A DNA stretch of 64,000 bases. It comes from Mobula hypostoma (lineage: Eukaryota). Below the pieces are notes generated by a model that was not told where the DNA came from, did not search any database, and saw only the letters and a list, made by a program, of their open reading frames with translations. Made by a program: the position numbers and the translations under genes. The stretch is from contig NC_086108.1 of NCBI RefSeq assembly GCF_963921235.1, positions 30,506,001 to 30,570,000 of the forward strand, read 5' to 3'. This document shows, piece by piece, positions 51,925-63,799 of the stretch. Numbering within the stretch: position 1 is the first letter of the stretch; each line of letters begins with the position of its first letter.

Positions 51925-54900
51925 AACATGAGAAAGTCTGCAGGTGCTGAAATCCAAAGCAACTCATACAAATGCCATGGTCCGGATCGAGGTCCCTTTA
52001 AATTTATTTTGTTTATGTTACGATCCGGACCGTTGATCCCCTGTTTTCCCATGTCCCTCGACTTTGGTGGTTAGAGGCAATTAGCACTCAGCTGAACTGA
52101 CACTTTATAGTATCTGGCTTTCAGCCGTTTGGCAAGGGAGTGTCTGCAAAGTCATCTAAGGTACGGTGTGCCAATGTCATCTGGCCGGAGCAAGCCGAGT
52201 CTCTGCCGAAGCGAGTGTTGGTAATTCGCCTTTTCCTCACCAGAGCAACCCTGTCCAGTTACCTTGCCAAAGCGAGCCTGCAAAGTTTCCTCACTGAAGT
52301 GGGTCCGTCAGTTAACCCGCCGGAGGGAATCAAGAACCGCTGTCTACTGTTCCCGGGCCGAGTCGAGAGCTCACCATTACCCGGAGGCTCCAAGTCAAGT
52401 CCTGGCTCCGGCGGTATTCAAGCACCAAGTCAAGTCCTGGCCCTGGCAGCATTCAAGCGCCAAGTCAAGTCCTGTCCCTGGCAGCATTCAAGCACCAAGT
52501 CAAGTCCTTTCCTGGCAGCATTCAAGCACCAAGTCAAGTCCTGTCCCTGGCGGCTTCCCAGTTCTGAGTCAAGTCCTGGCCCTGGCGGTCTGTGATTCCT
52601 GACCTACCACCTTGTCTGAATCCCTTCTCTGCCCCTCTTGCCTCTAGCCCTCGTCCGCAGCCCCCGCCTGCACTTCGGTCTAGTTCCATCACTGGAGCTA
52701 GATAGGTACTGTCTGGTGTTCATCCGTGTTGGTCTTGTCTTGTCTTGTCCTCGCCTCCGTGGGGTAAGTCAGGCCGTCTTGCCGTTGCCCCGCGGGGGGT
52801 CAGGTCTTGTCGTGTCTTGTCCTTGTCTCCGTGGTGTAGATCAGGCCGTCTTGCTGTTGCCCTGCGGGGGGTTATGTTCTGTCTTGTCTTGTCCCCGCCT
52901 CCGTGGGGTAAGTCAGGCTGTCTTGCTGTTGCCCCACGGAGGGTCATGAGTCCCGGCCCTATGTCCTGTACCCAAGGAGGGGACATGGCTCTCTGTTCTG
53001 TGTGTGAGTCCCGGCCCTATGTCCTGTACCCAAGGAGGGGTCCCGACTCTGTGTTCTGTGTACGTGTCCATGGTTCCATGTACCTGCTCCCTGAGACCGA
53101 GGCTCTGTGTTCCCATGTTCCTCCTCTCCCTAGCCCATATCATGTCCTTGTCTGGTTCTGGGGTCTGAGCCCGAGGCAAGACCCAGGTACTGGGTCCTTG
53201 CCCAGTCTCCTAGCCTCTTCATGTCTCCTCCAGTTCTGGGATCCGATTCCGAGTCCAAGCCCAGACCCTTGTCCCAGCCTAGTCGTAGTCCTGAGTCCTT
53301 GTCCAGTCGCTATTCCTGCTCCTGCCTTGCTCTCCTGATATCGAACAATAAACTAAATCTAAGTAACCTCACAAGATGTGTCTTGCATTTGGGTCCACCC
53401 TTGCTCCCAATGCTCCGCCATTGTGACAGAACGCTCTGGCCTAACATGAACACAGCAGACACAAACTGTTTTTCCAAACTCTTTTCAGCCTGAAAGTCAA
53501 GGTGTTGTTGTTCTGTTTTGCCCGCCGGCCAAATCCCCACCACCCACCCGGGTCATCGATAATACAGGCAAATCTGTTGGTCACCTGGAGGCTCCCATTG
53601 GGAGGGGGATACTGTCATGGTCCGGATTGGGGTCCCTTTAAATTTGCCTTGTTTATGTTACGATCCGGACCATTGATTCCCTGTTTTCCAGTGTCCCTCG
53701 ACTTTGGTGATTAGAGGCAATTAACACTCGGCTGAACCGGTAGTTTATAGTGTCCGGCTTTCAGCTGTTCAGCGTGGGAGCGTCTGCAAAGTCATCTAAG
53801 GTACGGTGTGCCGATGTCATCTGGCCGGAGCAAGCCTAGTCTCTGGCGAAGCGAGTGCCGTTAATTCACCTCTCCTCACCGGAGCAACCCTGTCCAATTA
53901 CCTTGCCAAAGTGAGCCTGCAAAGTTTCCTCCCCGAGGTGGATCCGTCAGTTAACCCACTGGAGGGAATCAAGAACCGCTGTCTACTGTTCCCGGGCCAA
54001 GTCGAGAGCTCGCCACTACCTGGAGGCTCCAAGTCAAGTCCTGGCTCCGGCGGCATTCAAGTACCAAGTCAAGTCCTTGCTCTGGTGGCATTCAAGCACC
54101 AAGTCAAGTCCTGACCCTGGCAGCTTCCTAGTTCTGAGTCAAGTCCTGGCCCTGGCAGTCTGTGATTCCTGTCCTACCCCCTTGTCTGAATCCCTTCTCT
54201 GCCCCTCTCGCCTCTAGCCCTCGCCTGCAGCCCCCGTCTGCACTTCAGTCTAGTTCCTCACCGGAGCTAGATAGGTACTGTCTGGTGTCCATTCGTGTCG
54301 GTCTTGTCTTGTCTTGTCCTCGCCTCCATGGGGTAAGTCAGGCCGTCTTGCCATTACTCCACTGGGGGTCATGTCTTGTCTGGTCCTCGCCTCCATGGGG
54401 GTAAGTCAGGCCGTCTTGCCGTTGCCCCGCGGGGGGTCATGTCTTGTCATGTCTTGTCTTCACCTCCATCGGATAGGTCAGGCTGTCTTGCCGTTGCCCT
54501 GCGGGGGGTCATGTTCTGTCTTGTCTTGTCCTCGCCTCTGTGGGGTAAGTCAGGCCATTTTGCCGTTGCCCCGCGGAGGGTCATGAGTCCCGGCCCTATG
54601 TCCTGTACCCAAGGAGGGGTCCCGACTCTGTGTTCTGTGTATGTGTCCATGGTTCCATGTACCTGCTCCCCCAGACCGAGGCTCTGTGTTCCCATGTTCC
54701 TCCTCTCCCTAGCCCATGTGATGTCCTCGCCTGGTTCTGGTGTCTGAGCCCGAGGCAAGACCCAGGTACTGGGTCCTTGCCCAGTCTCGGGCTCGGAGTC
54801 CATACCCTAGCCTCTTCATGTCGCCTCTAGTTCTGGGAGCCGATTCCGAGTCCTATCCCAGACCCTTGTCCCAGCCTAGTCGTAGTCCTCAGTCCTTGTC

Positions 54901-55665
54901 CAGTCGCTATTCCTGCTCCTGCCTTGCTCTCCTGGTATCGAACAATAAACTAAATCTAAGTAACCTCACAAGATGTGTCCTGCATTTGGGTCCACCCTTG
55001 CTCCCAATGCCCCCACCATTGTGACAACAAAATGCTGGAGGAGCTCAGCAGGTCAGGCAGCATCCATAGAAATAAATAAACAGTCAAAGTTTCGGGCCAA
55101 GACCCATCTTCCAGACTGAAAAGAAAGGGGGAAGTTGTCAGAAAAAAATGGTGGGGGGAGGGGAGGGGAAAGAAGCTAGCAGGAAGATGATAGGTGAAGG
55201 CGAAGTAGCACACACAAAATGCAGGAGGAACTCAGCAGGTCAGGCAGCCTCTTTGGAAAAGAGTAATTTGTTGACATCTTGGCCCTAAACGTTGACTGTT
55301 TACTCTTTTCCATTTATGCTGCCTGTCCTGTTGAGTTCCTCCTGCAATTTGTTTGTGTTTCTTTCGATTTCCAGCATCTGCAGGTTTTCTCTTGTTTGTG
55401 ATTGGTGAAGCCAGATAGATAGGCAAGGCAAAGGTCTAGAGAAGAAGGAATCTAATAGGACCATACTTTATGGAGACTGGACCATAGGAGAAAGGGAAGG
55501 CGGAGGGGACTCAGGGGAAGTGATGGGCAGGTAAGAGAAGATGGAAGTGAGTGGGGAATAGAAGAAGACAAGAAAGAGAGGGAAAATCATTTATTTTACC
55601 AGAAGGAGAAATCTATATTCATGACATCAGGTTGGAGGCTACCCAGACAGAATATAAAGTGTTAC
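51925..55665 (-). mobile_element. Penelope-like 3' remnant hosting the LTR element and a short palindromic copy (about 55208-55400)
   Basis: HFIFCLGSLQPDVMNIDF on minus strand at 55608-55660; decayed hammerhead at 55081-55118; terminus continues at 51925-51972. Confidence 0.75.
51973..55026 (+). mobile_element. Non-autonomous two-LTR retrotransposon (Gypsy/chromovirus-type deletion derivative)
   Basis: LTR1 51973-53428, LTR2 53613-55026, TG..CA ends, 5-bp TSD ACAAA (51968-51972/55027-55031), PPT GGGAGGGGGA 53600-53609, 184-bp interior. Confidence 0.93.
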
Positions 55666-55669
55666 TCTA

Positions 55670-56345
55670 GAATAAAGAACATGCAACAGAGTTGAAGCCT
55701 TTTGGCCCACGATGTTGTGCTGACTTTTTAAACTATTCCAAGATCAATCAAACCCTTCCTCCCATTTTACTTTCATTCATGTACCTATCTACTAATCTCT
55801 TAAATATTCCTAATGTATACGCCTCTACCACTACTGCCGGCAGTGTGAACTTATAACTTTCTGTGTAAAATCGTACCTCTGACATCTCCCCCCATACCTT
55901 CCTCTGATTATCTTAAAAGTATGTCTTCTAGTATTAGCCATTGCTGCCCTAGGACTAAAGGTGCTGGCTCTCCATTCCATCTATAACTCTCTGAAGTCAT
56001 CTTTTATCTTCCTTCGCTGTAACGAGAAAAACCCTAGCTCACTCACCCTTTCCACATGAGATATGTACATGTTTTCTAATCCAGGTTGTATCCTGGTCAA
56101 TCACCCCTGCCCCTTCTTTAAAGTTTCTACATCTTTCCTGGAAGGAAATAACCAGAACTGAACATGTTACTCCAAGTGTGGGTCAAACCAGAATTTTATA
56201 TAGCTGTAAATTTACCTCCTGGCTCTTGAACTCAATCCACCAACTAATGGAGGGCTTCATAACCACTCTACCAACTTGTATGGTGAATTTGATGGATCTC
56301 TGGACTTGGATCCCAAGATCTCTCTGTTCCTCCATGCTTTTAACA
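55670..56345 (-). mobile_element. CR1 3' fragment
   Basis: Reverse complement of CACTTGGAGTA..CAGTTCTGG and TGGGCCAAAAGGC tail motifs. Confidence 0.7.
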
Positions 56346-56939
56346 ATTCCAGTGGACATGCATTTAAATTACGAGAGGGGAAGTTTAAGAAAGATGTGCG
56401 GGGCATGTTTTTCAAACAGAAAGTGCTAGATGCCTAGAATGGGATGAGAGTAGTACAGAGGAAGTAGAGACGATTGTGGTACTTAAGAGGTTTTTAGATA
56501 GGAAATAGAAGGATGTGGATCATATAAAGGCGCAAGATATTTAGCTTAATTTTACATGGTGTACAGTGCAGACTTTGTGGGCCAAAAGGCCTGTTCCTTT
56601 GCTGAACTATGTTCTATATGTAACCTCACTTTTTTGTAATTTTCCACATAATAATTTTTGTATCATCCATCAACCCTCTAAATCATCCACATTAGTCCAG
56701 GCATCGTTTCACCAAAGTTGATATCCAGTTAGCACAATTTCTCCACAGTTTATTGGTCTGGAGTTAAAATCTACTGCTGGTCCTTTTCTGATTACCTTTC
56801 AGTTTTGTGCTTTTTTCTCTTTATCTAAAAGAACTAAAAATCACAGATTTTTTAACATTATTTTTAAAGATTTGTGTGACATATGTTATTGTTCAAGCAC
56901 CCTACCCTTCCCTTTTACCATTTTTTATTATCCCTATTA

Positions 56940-58340
56940 ACATCTAATTTTGCTGACATCACTATTGTTGACCAAATCAAACGAGGTGACGTATTTGCAT
57001 GTAGAAGTCAGACTGAAAATTTGGTTGAGTGGTGCTGCAACAATAACCTCTCACTCGACAACAGAAAAAACAAACAGTTGATTATCAACAACAGGAGGAG
57101 GAGGCCAGGGGTCTATGACCCAGTCCTCATTAAGGGAAACAGAGATGGAAATGATCAGTAACTTTAAATTCCTTGGTGTTAACATATCAGAGGATCTTCC
57201 CTGGAACGAGCATGTAAAGTACATTTCATTATCAAAGAATGTATAAATTATACATCCTTGAGATTTGTTTGGTTACTAGTAGGCATCAAGCAAGAAACCT
57301 GGAAAACTCCAGTTAGGGAGAAAGTAAATAAATACACAAGAGAAAGGAAAACAATAAACACAAATCATACAAACATTTGAAGCAAACAAATAACATTCAG
57401 AACCAAATTGAATCCTTAGATCCGAACCTTGGAGCAGTCCAGCATAGGCCTAAAGTCTCGCCTATCAGTTCATCATATTAGTGAGCACGGAGCACAGCTG
57501 CCAGACAGTCTTCATAGACTTAGCACCATGGAGAGAGGAGTGACCATCACAGAGAGTAGACAAAATCAGCCCTTGCCTCAGATCCCGATAACCTGTCCTT
57601 TCAGTCTAAATAGGCCGGCGTTTAAATTGATCAAACAACGGAGTAGTGAAAGGCTCCGGCACCTTGAAGAGAGGAGTGAAGATCGCAGTGAGTGAGCAAA
57701 ATCGGTGTTCACCTCCGATCCAGGGCGACATTTAAATTGTCTAACCAGCCGATGGCATCTTGCACTAGGACCCAGCTAGTGCAAAGGGCTCAGGGCCTGC
57801 ACCACGCCACCCAGCGACTCGCTTTGGGCCCGGATTTCACCACCCAGCCTGAAGCTCTTCAAATCAGCTCAGTACACAGCGATCCAACCTCACACCCGTC
57901 CAGTTGTATAGGCATTGAGTCTCCTCGGCCCAACTTCTCTTCTCAGTATATAGGTGTCATCACATAGAAGGCAGGACAGTGCTTCTAATTTAAAAGAAAT
58001 TTATGTAGATTAGGCACATCACCCAAAATTTTGACAAACATTTATAGATACACAGTTGAGAGCTGCATCATGGCCTGGTATGGAAAAACCAATGCCCAGG
58101 AACAGGAAAGGCTACAAAAAGTACATTTAGATCATCACAGGCAAAGCCCCACCCCCAACTATCAAGTACAGTTATCTGGAGGACTACCACAAGAAAGGAG
58201 CATCCATTATTAAAATCACCTTCCATCTAAGCCATGCCCTCTTTTAAATACTACCATCTGGCAGGAGGTATGGAATCCTTAGGTCCCACCTTATTAGGTT
58301 CAGGAACAGTTGTTATCCTACAACAATCAGACTCCTGAAC
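56940..58340 (+). mobile_element. Old Rex-type LINE 3' part, interrupted at 57215-57940
   Basis: FADITIV..NLVEWCCNNNLSL, FKFLGVNISEDL, ESCIMAWYG, LPSGRRY. Confidence 0.8.
57215..57940 (-). mobile_element. Non-coding retroposon, same family as 10665-11445
   Basis: Shared blocks listed for 10665; host LINE rejoins across it. Confidence 0.7.
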
Positions 58341-58449
58341 TGGCAAGTGTAACTTCAATCACCACTGCTCTGAAATATTGCTGTGACATACGACTAACTT
58401 TCAAATTTCTACTACTCTGAACTGACTCTACAACCTCCAGACAATCAAG

Positions 58450-59535
58450 GTCTAGCCTGAATTCAGTGATTGGAAAGATGTTAGGAAATTGTTAAAAAAG
58501 TCTGAGAAATTGGGATATTTGAAAACAAAAGATAAAGTTGGCCAAAGACAATATGGTAATACGAGGGAGAAATCTTGCCAAACAAGTCTGGTGGAATTTT
58601 TTGAGGAAAATACAGACATGACAGACAGATGAGTCAGTGGATGTTGTTCATTGGATTTTCAGAAGGTGTCAAAGAGAAGTTGCTTAACAAAATAAGATCT
58701 TTTTTAAAAAGGGGGCTGCCGGCAACTAGTGGTGTGTTGTAGGAGTCGATGTTGGGAGCGATATGGATGAAGGAATTGTTGGCATTGTTGACAAGTCTGC
58801 AGACAAAACAAAGATAGGTGGAAGAGCAGGGTATTAAGGAAGCAAGGTGTCTGCAGAAGGATTTAGATATTGGGAATGGACACAGAAGTAGAAGGTGAAA
58901 TATAATGTAGGGAATTGTACGGTCATGCAATTTGACAGAAGGAAAGAAGGTGTGGACTATTTTGTAAGTGGGGGGAGATTTCAGAGATGCAGAGGGACTT
59001 GGGAGACCTCGTGCAGGATTCTATAAGGGTTAACTTGCAGGATGAGTTGGTGGTAAGGGAGGCAAATGCAATTTTGAGTGGACTAGCATACAAAAGCAAG
59101 GATGTAAAGCTGAGGCTTTAAAAGGCATTGGTCAGATTGCACTTGGAATATTGTGAGCAGTTTTGGGCTCCTTATCTCAGAAAGGATATACTGGCATTAG
59201 AGATGGCCCAGAGGAAGTTCATGACAATGATCTCAAGAATGAATGTGTTAATATATGAGGACATTGATGGCTCTGGGGCTGTGCTCACTGGAGTCTTAGA
59301 AGACTAAAGGATGATCTCATTGAAACATTGAATTTTTAAAAGTCTGGATACAGTGCATGTGAAGTGGATGTTTCCTGTAGTTAGGGAGTCTAGGGCCAGA
59401 GGGCAGAGCCTCAGAAAGCAAGGATGTACATTTAGATAAGGGGAAGTTTCTTTATCCAAAGAGATGAATCTGTGGAATTCTTCTGCCACAGGCATATGTG
59501 CAAGCCAAGTCATTGGGTATATTTAAGGCAGAGGT
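58450..59535 (+). mobile_element. CR1 LINE, heavily decayed
   Basis: GGATTTTCAGAAGG, CACTTGGAATATTGTGAGCAGTTTTGG, GAATCTGTGGAATTC motifs as in the 17795 copy. Confidence 0.8.
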
Positions 59536-61560
59536 TAGAGTCATACAGTCATAGAAAAGTCCAGCACAGAAACAGGCCCTTCAGCCCATCTAGCCTGTGC
59601 CATGTGATTTAAACAGCCCAGTCCCATCAACCTGCATCTGGGCCATAGCCCTACATACCCCTATTATCCATGTAGCTATCAAAACTTCCCTTAAATGATG
59701 AAATCAAACTCATATGCACCACTGGCATTGCCATCTTGTTCCACATTCTCAGAACCTTCTCACTGAAAAAGCTTCCCCTCATGTTCCCCTTAAACTTTTC
59801 ACCTTTCACTGTTAACCCATGATCTCTAGTTCTAGTCCCACTGAACCTCAGTGGAAAAAGCCTACTTGTATTTACCTTAGCTATAACCCTCATAATTTGG
59901 TATATCTCAATCAAATCTCCCCTCAGTCTTCTATGTTCCAAGGAATAAGATCACAACCTATCAATCTTTCCTTATAACTCAGATCCTCCAGTCCCAGCAA
60001 CATCCTTGTAAATTTTCTCCACTCTTTCAACCTTATTTACATCTTTCCTGCAGGTGGTTGAACAAAACTGCCCACAATACTCCAAATTAGGCCTCACCAA
60101 TGTCTCATAAAACTTAAACATATCATCATATCTCCTGTATTCAATACTTTGATGTAGGAAGGTCAATGTGCCAAGAGATTTCTTTATGACCCTATCTATC
60201 AGCGTCGTCACTTTCAATACATTATGGACTTGTATTCGTAGATCCCTTTCTTCTATTTTACTACCGAACTCCTTAGTGCTCTACTGTTCACTGTGTAAGA
60301 TATACACAGGTTGGTCCTACAGACATGCAACACCTCACACTTGCCAGCATTAAATTCCATCTGCCATTTTCAACCCATTTTTCCAGCTGGTCCAGATCCC
60401 GCTGCAAGCTCTGATAGTCTTTCTCACTTTCCACTACACCCCCAAATTTGCTGATGCAGGTAACCATATTCTCATTTAGATTGTTGATATGGATGACAAA
60501 CAACAACAAACCTAGTGCCAAAACCTGCAGCACTCCACTAGTCAGAGGCCTCCAGTCAGAGTGGTAACCATTTACTACCACTCTCTGGCTTCACCCACAA
60601 AGCCAATGTCTAATCTAATGTACTACCTCATCTTGAATGCCAAGTGACTGAAACTTACGGACCAACCACCCATGCGGGACCTTGTCAAATGCCTTATTAA
60701 AATCCATGTAGACAACATCTGCTGCCTCAACTTTCCTGATGACTTTCTCAAGAAGCACTGTGGCATGGGTTAGACACAACCTACAATGTACAAAGCCATG
60801 CTGATGATCTGTAATTAATCCATGTCTATCTAAATACTCATATACCCAGTCCTTTAGGATACCTTCCAATAACTTTCCCACTACTGACGTGAGGCACAAT
60901 GAAGTATAATTTACTGGTGTATTGTTTTTAGAGTCTGTCTTAAACAGAGCAACAACATTACCTATTCTCCAATCCTCCAGCACCTCACCTGTTGCTAAGG
61001 ATGATTTAAATATCTCTGCTAGGGCCCCTACAGTTTCTGCACTTGCCTCCCACAGGGTCTAAGGGAACACCATGTCAGGCCCTGTGGATTTATTCACCCT
61101 AATTTGTCTTCGGATTGCAAACATCTCCTGCTCTGTAATCTGTATAGAGTCTATGATCTTGCTGCTGCTTTGCCTCACGATTATAGACTCTTTGTCCATC
61201 TCCCAAGCAAATATAGATGCAAAAAATCCATTTAACATCACCCTTATCTCTTTTGCCTCCATACATAGATTGTCATTCTGATCTTCCAGAGGACCAACTT
61301 TGTCCCTTGCAATCATTTTTCTTAACATATCTGCAGAATCTGTAGAATCCCTTAGAATTCTCCTTCACCTTGTCTGGTAAGGCAACAATCTCTCATTGGA
61401 ACTTCTATGCACCAATGAAGGACACCATCCTGAACACATTTGACAAGCTCTACATTAGTGCTTTTACAGTATGGGAGTCTCAGTCAACACGTGAAAGTTA
61501 AAGTCACCTACTATAACAATCTTATGTTTCTTGCAACACTCCGCGATCTCTCCACTAATT
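59536..61560 (-). mobile_element. CR1 LINE, decayed
   Basis: ORFs VGDFNF, YMDFNKAFDKVPH, LVRPNLEYC, RTRDHGL; CTATGA-like tail at 59536-59555. Confidence 0.9.
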
Positions 61561-62201
61561 TGGGTGATAGGTTTTTGATTAATCAGGGCGTCTAAAGTTA
61601 TGGGGAGCAGGCTGGAGAACAAAGTTAAGAAGGATAATAAATCATGCATGATAGAGCTGGTGAAGCAGATCAATGGGCCGAATAGCCTAATTCGGCTCCT
61701 AGGTCTTAAAGTCTTATGGACCCTTTAAAACGGACAGTTCTCAGTATGACTGCGTTTGCACATTATGTCTTCTTTTGCCCTTCAGTTGTCAGTCTTGTCT
61801 GTTCTATTCTGTTCTATTTCGATTTTTCTGCAAATGCGAGCAAGAAAATGAATCTCAGGATAGCACATACTTAGATAACAAATTTAGTTTTAAATTTGTA
61901 CTTTGATTTTGCCAGAATACATTCATTCTCTCGAAGTGTCGCGCTATTCAGAGTGGCCACATCTACAACGAACCCTGATGCGGGGAACTTTTGCCTCCGT
62001 GGATGCTGTTTGACTCGTTAGGTTTACATGTGAATGTAAGAGAGATGAAATGTGCGCTGCTTCGACAAGCAAATTGCTTTGAGGTTCAGTGCTAATTCTG
62101 CAAAATGTATGTTGCATTGCAGGTTCATTCCGATTGTTTTTGGAATATTGTTTCCATAAGGCATGGCTGTCCTTTACGCCTTCACACGGTGGAATGTTGC
62201 C

Positions 62202-62338
62202 AAGTGAAACTCGTGGAATTTTCTCAGTTTCACTGACTTGTTCAGAGGCGATCCGCGGCTTCCCGTAGTGTGGGATGTTCGATAAATAGGACCAAACCAA
62301 AACAATTTGCATACTTGGTTCTGCCAGGATATATAAAA
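62202..62338 (+). promoter_or_regulatory. Candidate Pol II promoter: TATA, octamer, IRF-like pair, kB-like and GAS-like sites
   Basis: TATATAAAA 62330-62338; ATTTGCAT 62305-62312; AAGTGAAACT 62202-62211 and AGTTTCACT 62226-62234; non-repetitive, CpG-richer DNA. Confidence 0.6.
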
Positions 62339-62415
62339 CGGACTCCGGATACATAGCATCCAGCATCCATGAAGACACTGTTCTGCTGATGTTGCCTAGC
62401 TGGGGGACTGTGGAA

Positions 62416-62577
62416 ATGGCTACACCGCTGAATGAGAGCGAAGTGCTGCCGAGAGTTCGTGCGAACTATCTCAGGCCAGTGCTTGGTTGGCGTCTGTTGC
62501 TGATAGTATCTTCTGCCCAGGTTCTGGCTGCAAGCTGTCTTTCGTATTACATCCTCAAAGAACAACTGCTGAATCGG
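62416..62577 (+). CDS. Candidate exon 1 of a type II membrane protein (TNF-superfamily-ligand-like)
   Basis: Kozak GAAATGG (alternative in-frame ATG 62389); MATPLNESEVLPRVRANYLRPVLGWR-LLLIVSSAQVLAASCLSYYIL-KEQLLNR; donor CGG|GTAGGT, phase 0. Confidence 0.65.
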
Positions 62578-62668
62578 GTAGGTGCTAACTAGTGCACAGC
62601 CAGCAGTTCTAGCTCCGCGTGACAATAGTTATAATTGTTGAACAGGGCGTTCCTATTTATTTAAACAG

Positions 62669-62744
62669 GCTGCACTTCCACAGAAACCTCCGGAGATCTC
62701 GCCAACACCGTGCGCTGAGAAGTGCGTTACTCGCTGGACACTTG
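62669..62744 (+). CDS. Candidate exon 2 (Pro-rich stalk AALPQKPPEISPTPCAEKCVTRWTL)
   Basis: Acceptor TTTATTTAAACAG|, donor G|GTAAGC, 76 bp, open in frame with exon 1 after a 91-bp intron. Confidence 0.55.
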
Positions 62745-63174
62745 GTAAGCTCGCACGTGCATTTCTGTATAGTTGTCCACGTCTGCCACTTTACTGCCGC
62801 CTTTCTCATCGCTTTTTCGTTCCGTTGCCAGAGGGTAACTATGGGCACGCAGGGCCAAAGTGATAATTTTCTAGCGTTTTCATAAGTGCAGCTTAGCAAA
62901 ACAGGTACTGACGACTTCTATAAAGCCGTTTCCTTGCATGACACCGGGGACTTAACATGCTGTGAAGCGGTGTATGAGACTCAGTTGGATAAATATTTCA
63001 AAAGAGCCAGCAGAAGACGATAAGGCAAGCGCTTCGCTGTTGCACGTACCCCAGGAGCTCAGGGTCCGAGATCAGCGAATACTTAGCTGCCAAATGCGGA
63101 AACTTGAATTCGTCAGAATTATAGAGCAGAATCTCCCGACAAGGTGGAGACATTCAAATAAACTAGCTACTTAA

Positions 63175-63345
63175 GGACACGAGGGACTGCAGATGCCGGG
63201 ATCTGCAGGAACAAACTGCTGGAGGAAATGGATCAGACAACAGCTGTGAAGGGAAATGTTTCGGGTTGATGCCCTTTATCTGAACTGAAAGAGAGAGAGG
63301 TGACAGACGTGCGAAAATGTGAAGGGGAAGTGTGGGGCAAGAGCT
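63175..63345 (-). mobile_element. Penelope-terminus remnant in putative intron
   Basis: GACTGCAGATGC..GCTGGAGGAA..TGTTTCGGGTTGA..CCCTT as in other copies. Confidence 0.65.
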
Positions 63346-63799
63346 AGTAGCTATTTACTTTTATTTTTCACACTATAAAATATGATGTTTCTTCATGGCT
63401 AGTTAGGCTCCAAGCAGCTCGGCTGACTACATCTCTCGAGAGAGTCTCGTATCTTAATATTTCACACTGTGCAGCACCTTTTTGCATGGCTAACTGTTCG
63501 GACTTGACCACCGATTTTAACCTGGTGAGCGAGGATCGTTCAGATGTCCAAATTTCTGCAGTAAATCTGTTCTTAGGATATTACTGTAAACCTGCAGTGA
63601 TTTTGAATTATTTCTGCCGCGGCTACTTTAGTTTGTTGGCGAGTGAGTGAGTCAAATGAACTACAGTTACCAAACTGAAGTGTGTGTTCGCCCCATTTTG
63701 AGAATGTCCTTCTAAAACAGAGACTTATTGTCCGTCAAGAAGTATCCATGCAGACTAATGTTTTTCACAGGCTCTGCTTAACCTGTTACATTCTTACAG

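Larger units (their letters stand above)
44900..56620 (+). mobile_element. Old near-complete CR1 broken into about 7 pieces by nested insertions
   Basis: In order: GDFNFPNID (45265), LDLVLGNE (45400), GTRDHN-like SDH region (47960), PQRSVLGPLLF (49930), RPHLQYCV (51647), 3' UTR (56350-56620). Confidence 0.75.

Noticed and set aside
52390..52590. 35-bp repeat array superficially like CRISPR repeats
   Set aside because: Head-to-tail with no unique spacers, inside an LTR, no cas genes, eukaryotic context
46609..55213. Dense overlapping ORFs of 60-197 aa
   Set aside because: Fall in GC-rich repetitive LTRs; no recognisable domains
7980..61673. Many reverse-transcriptase ORFs as a retron, DGR or novel RT system
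   Set aside because: All carry non-LTR retrotransposon motifs, tails, truncations and stops
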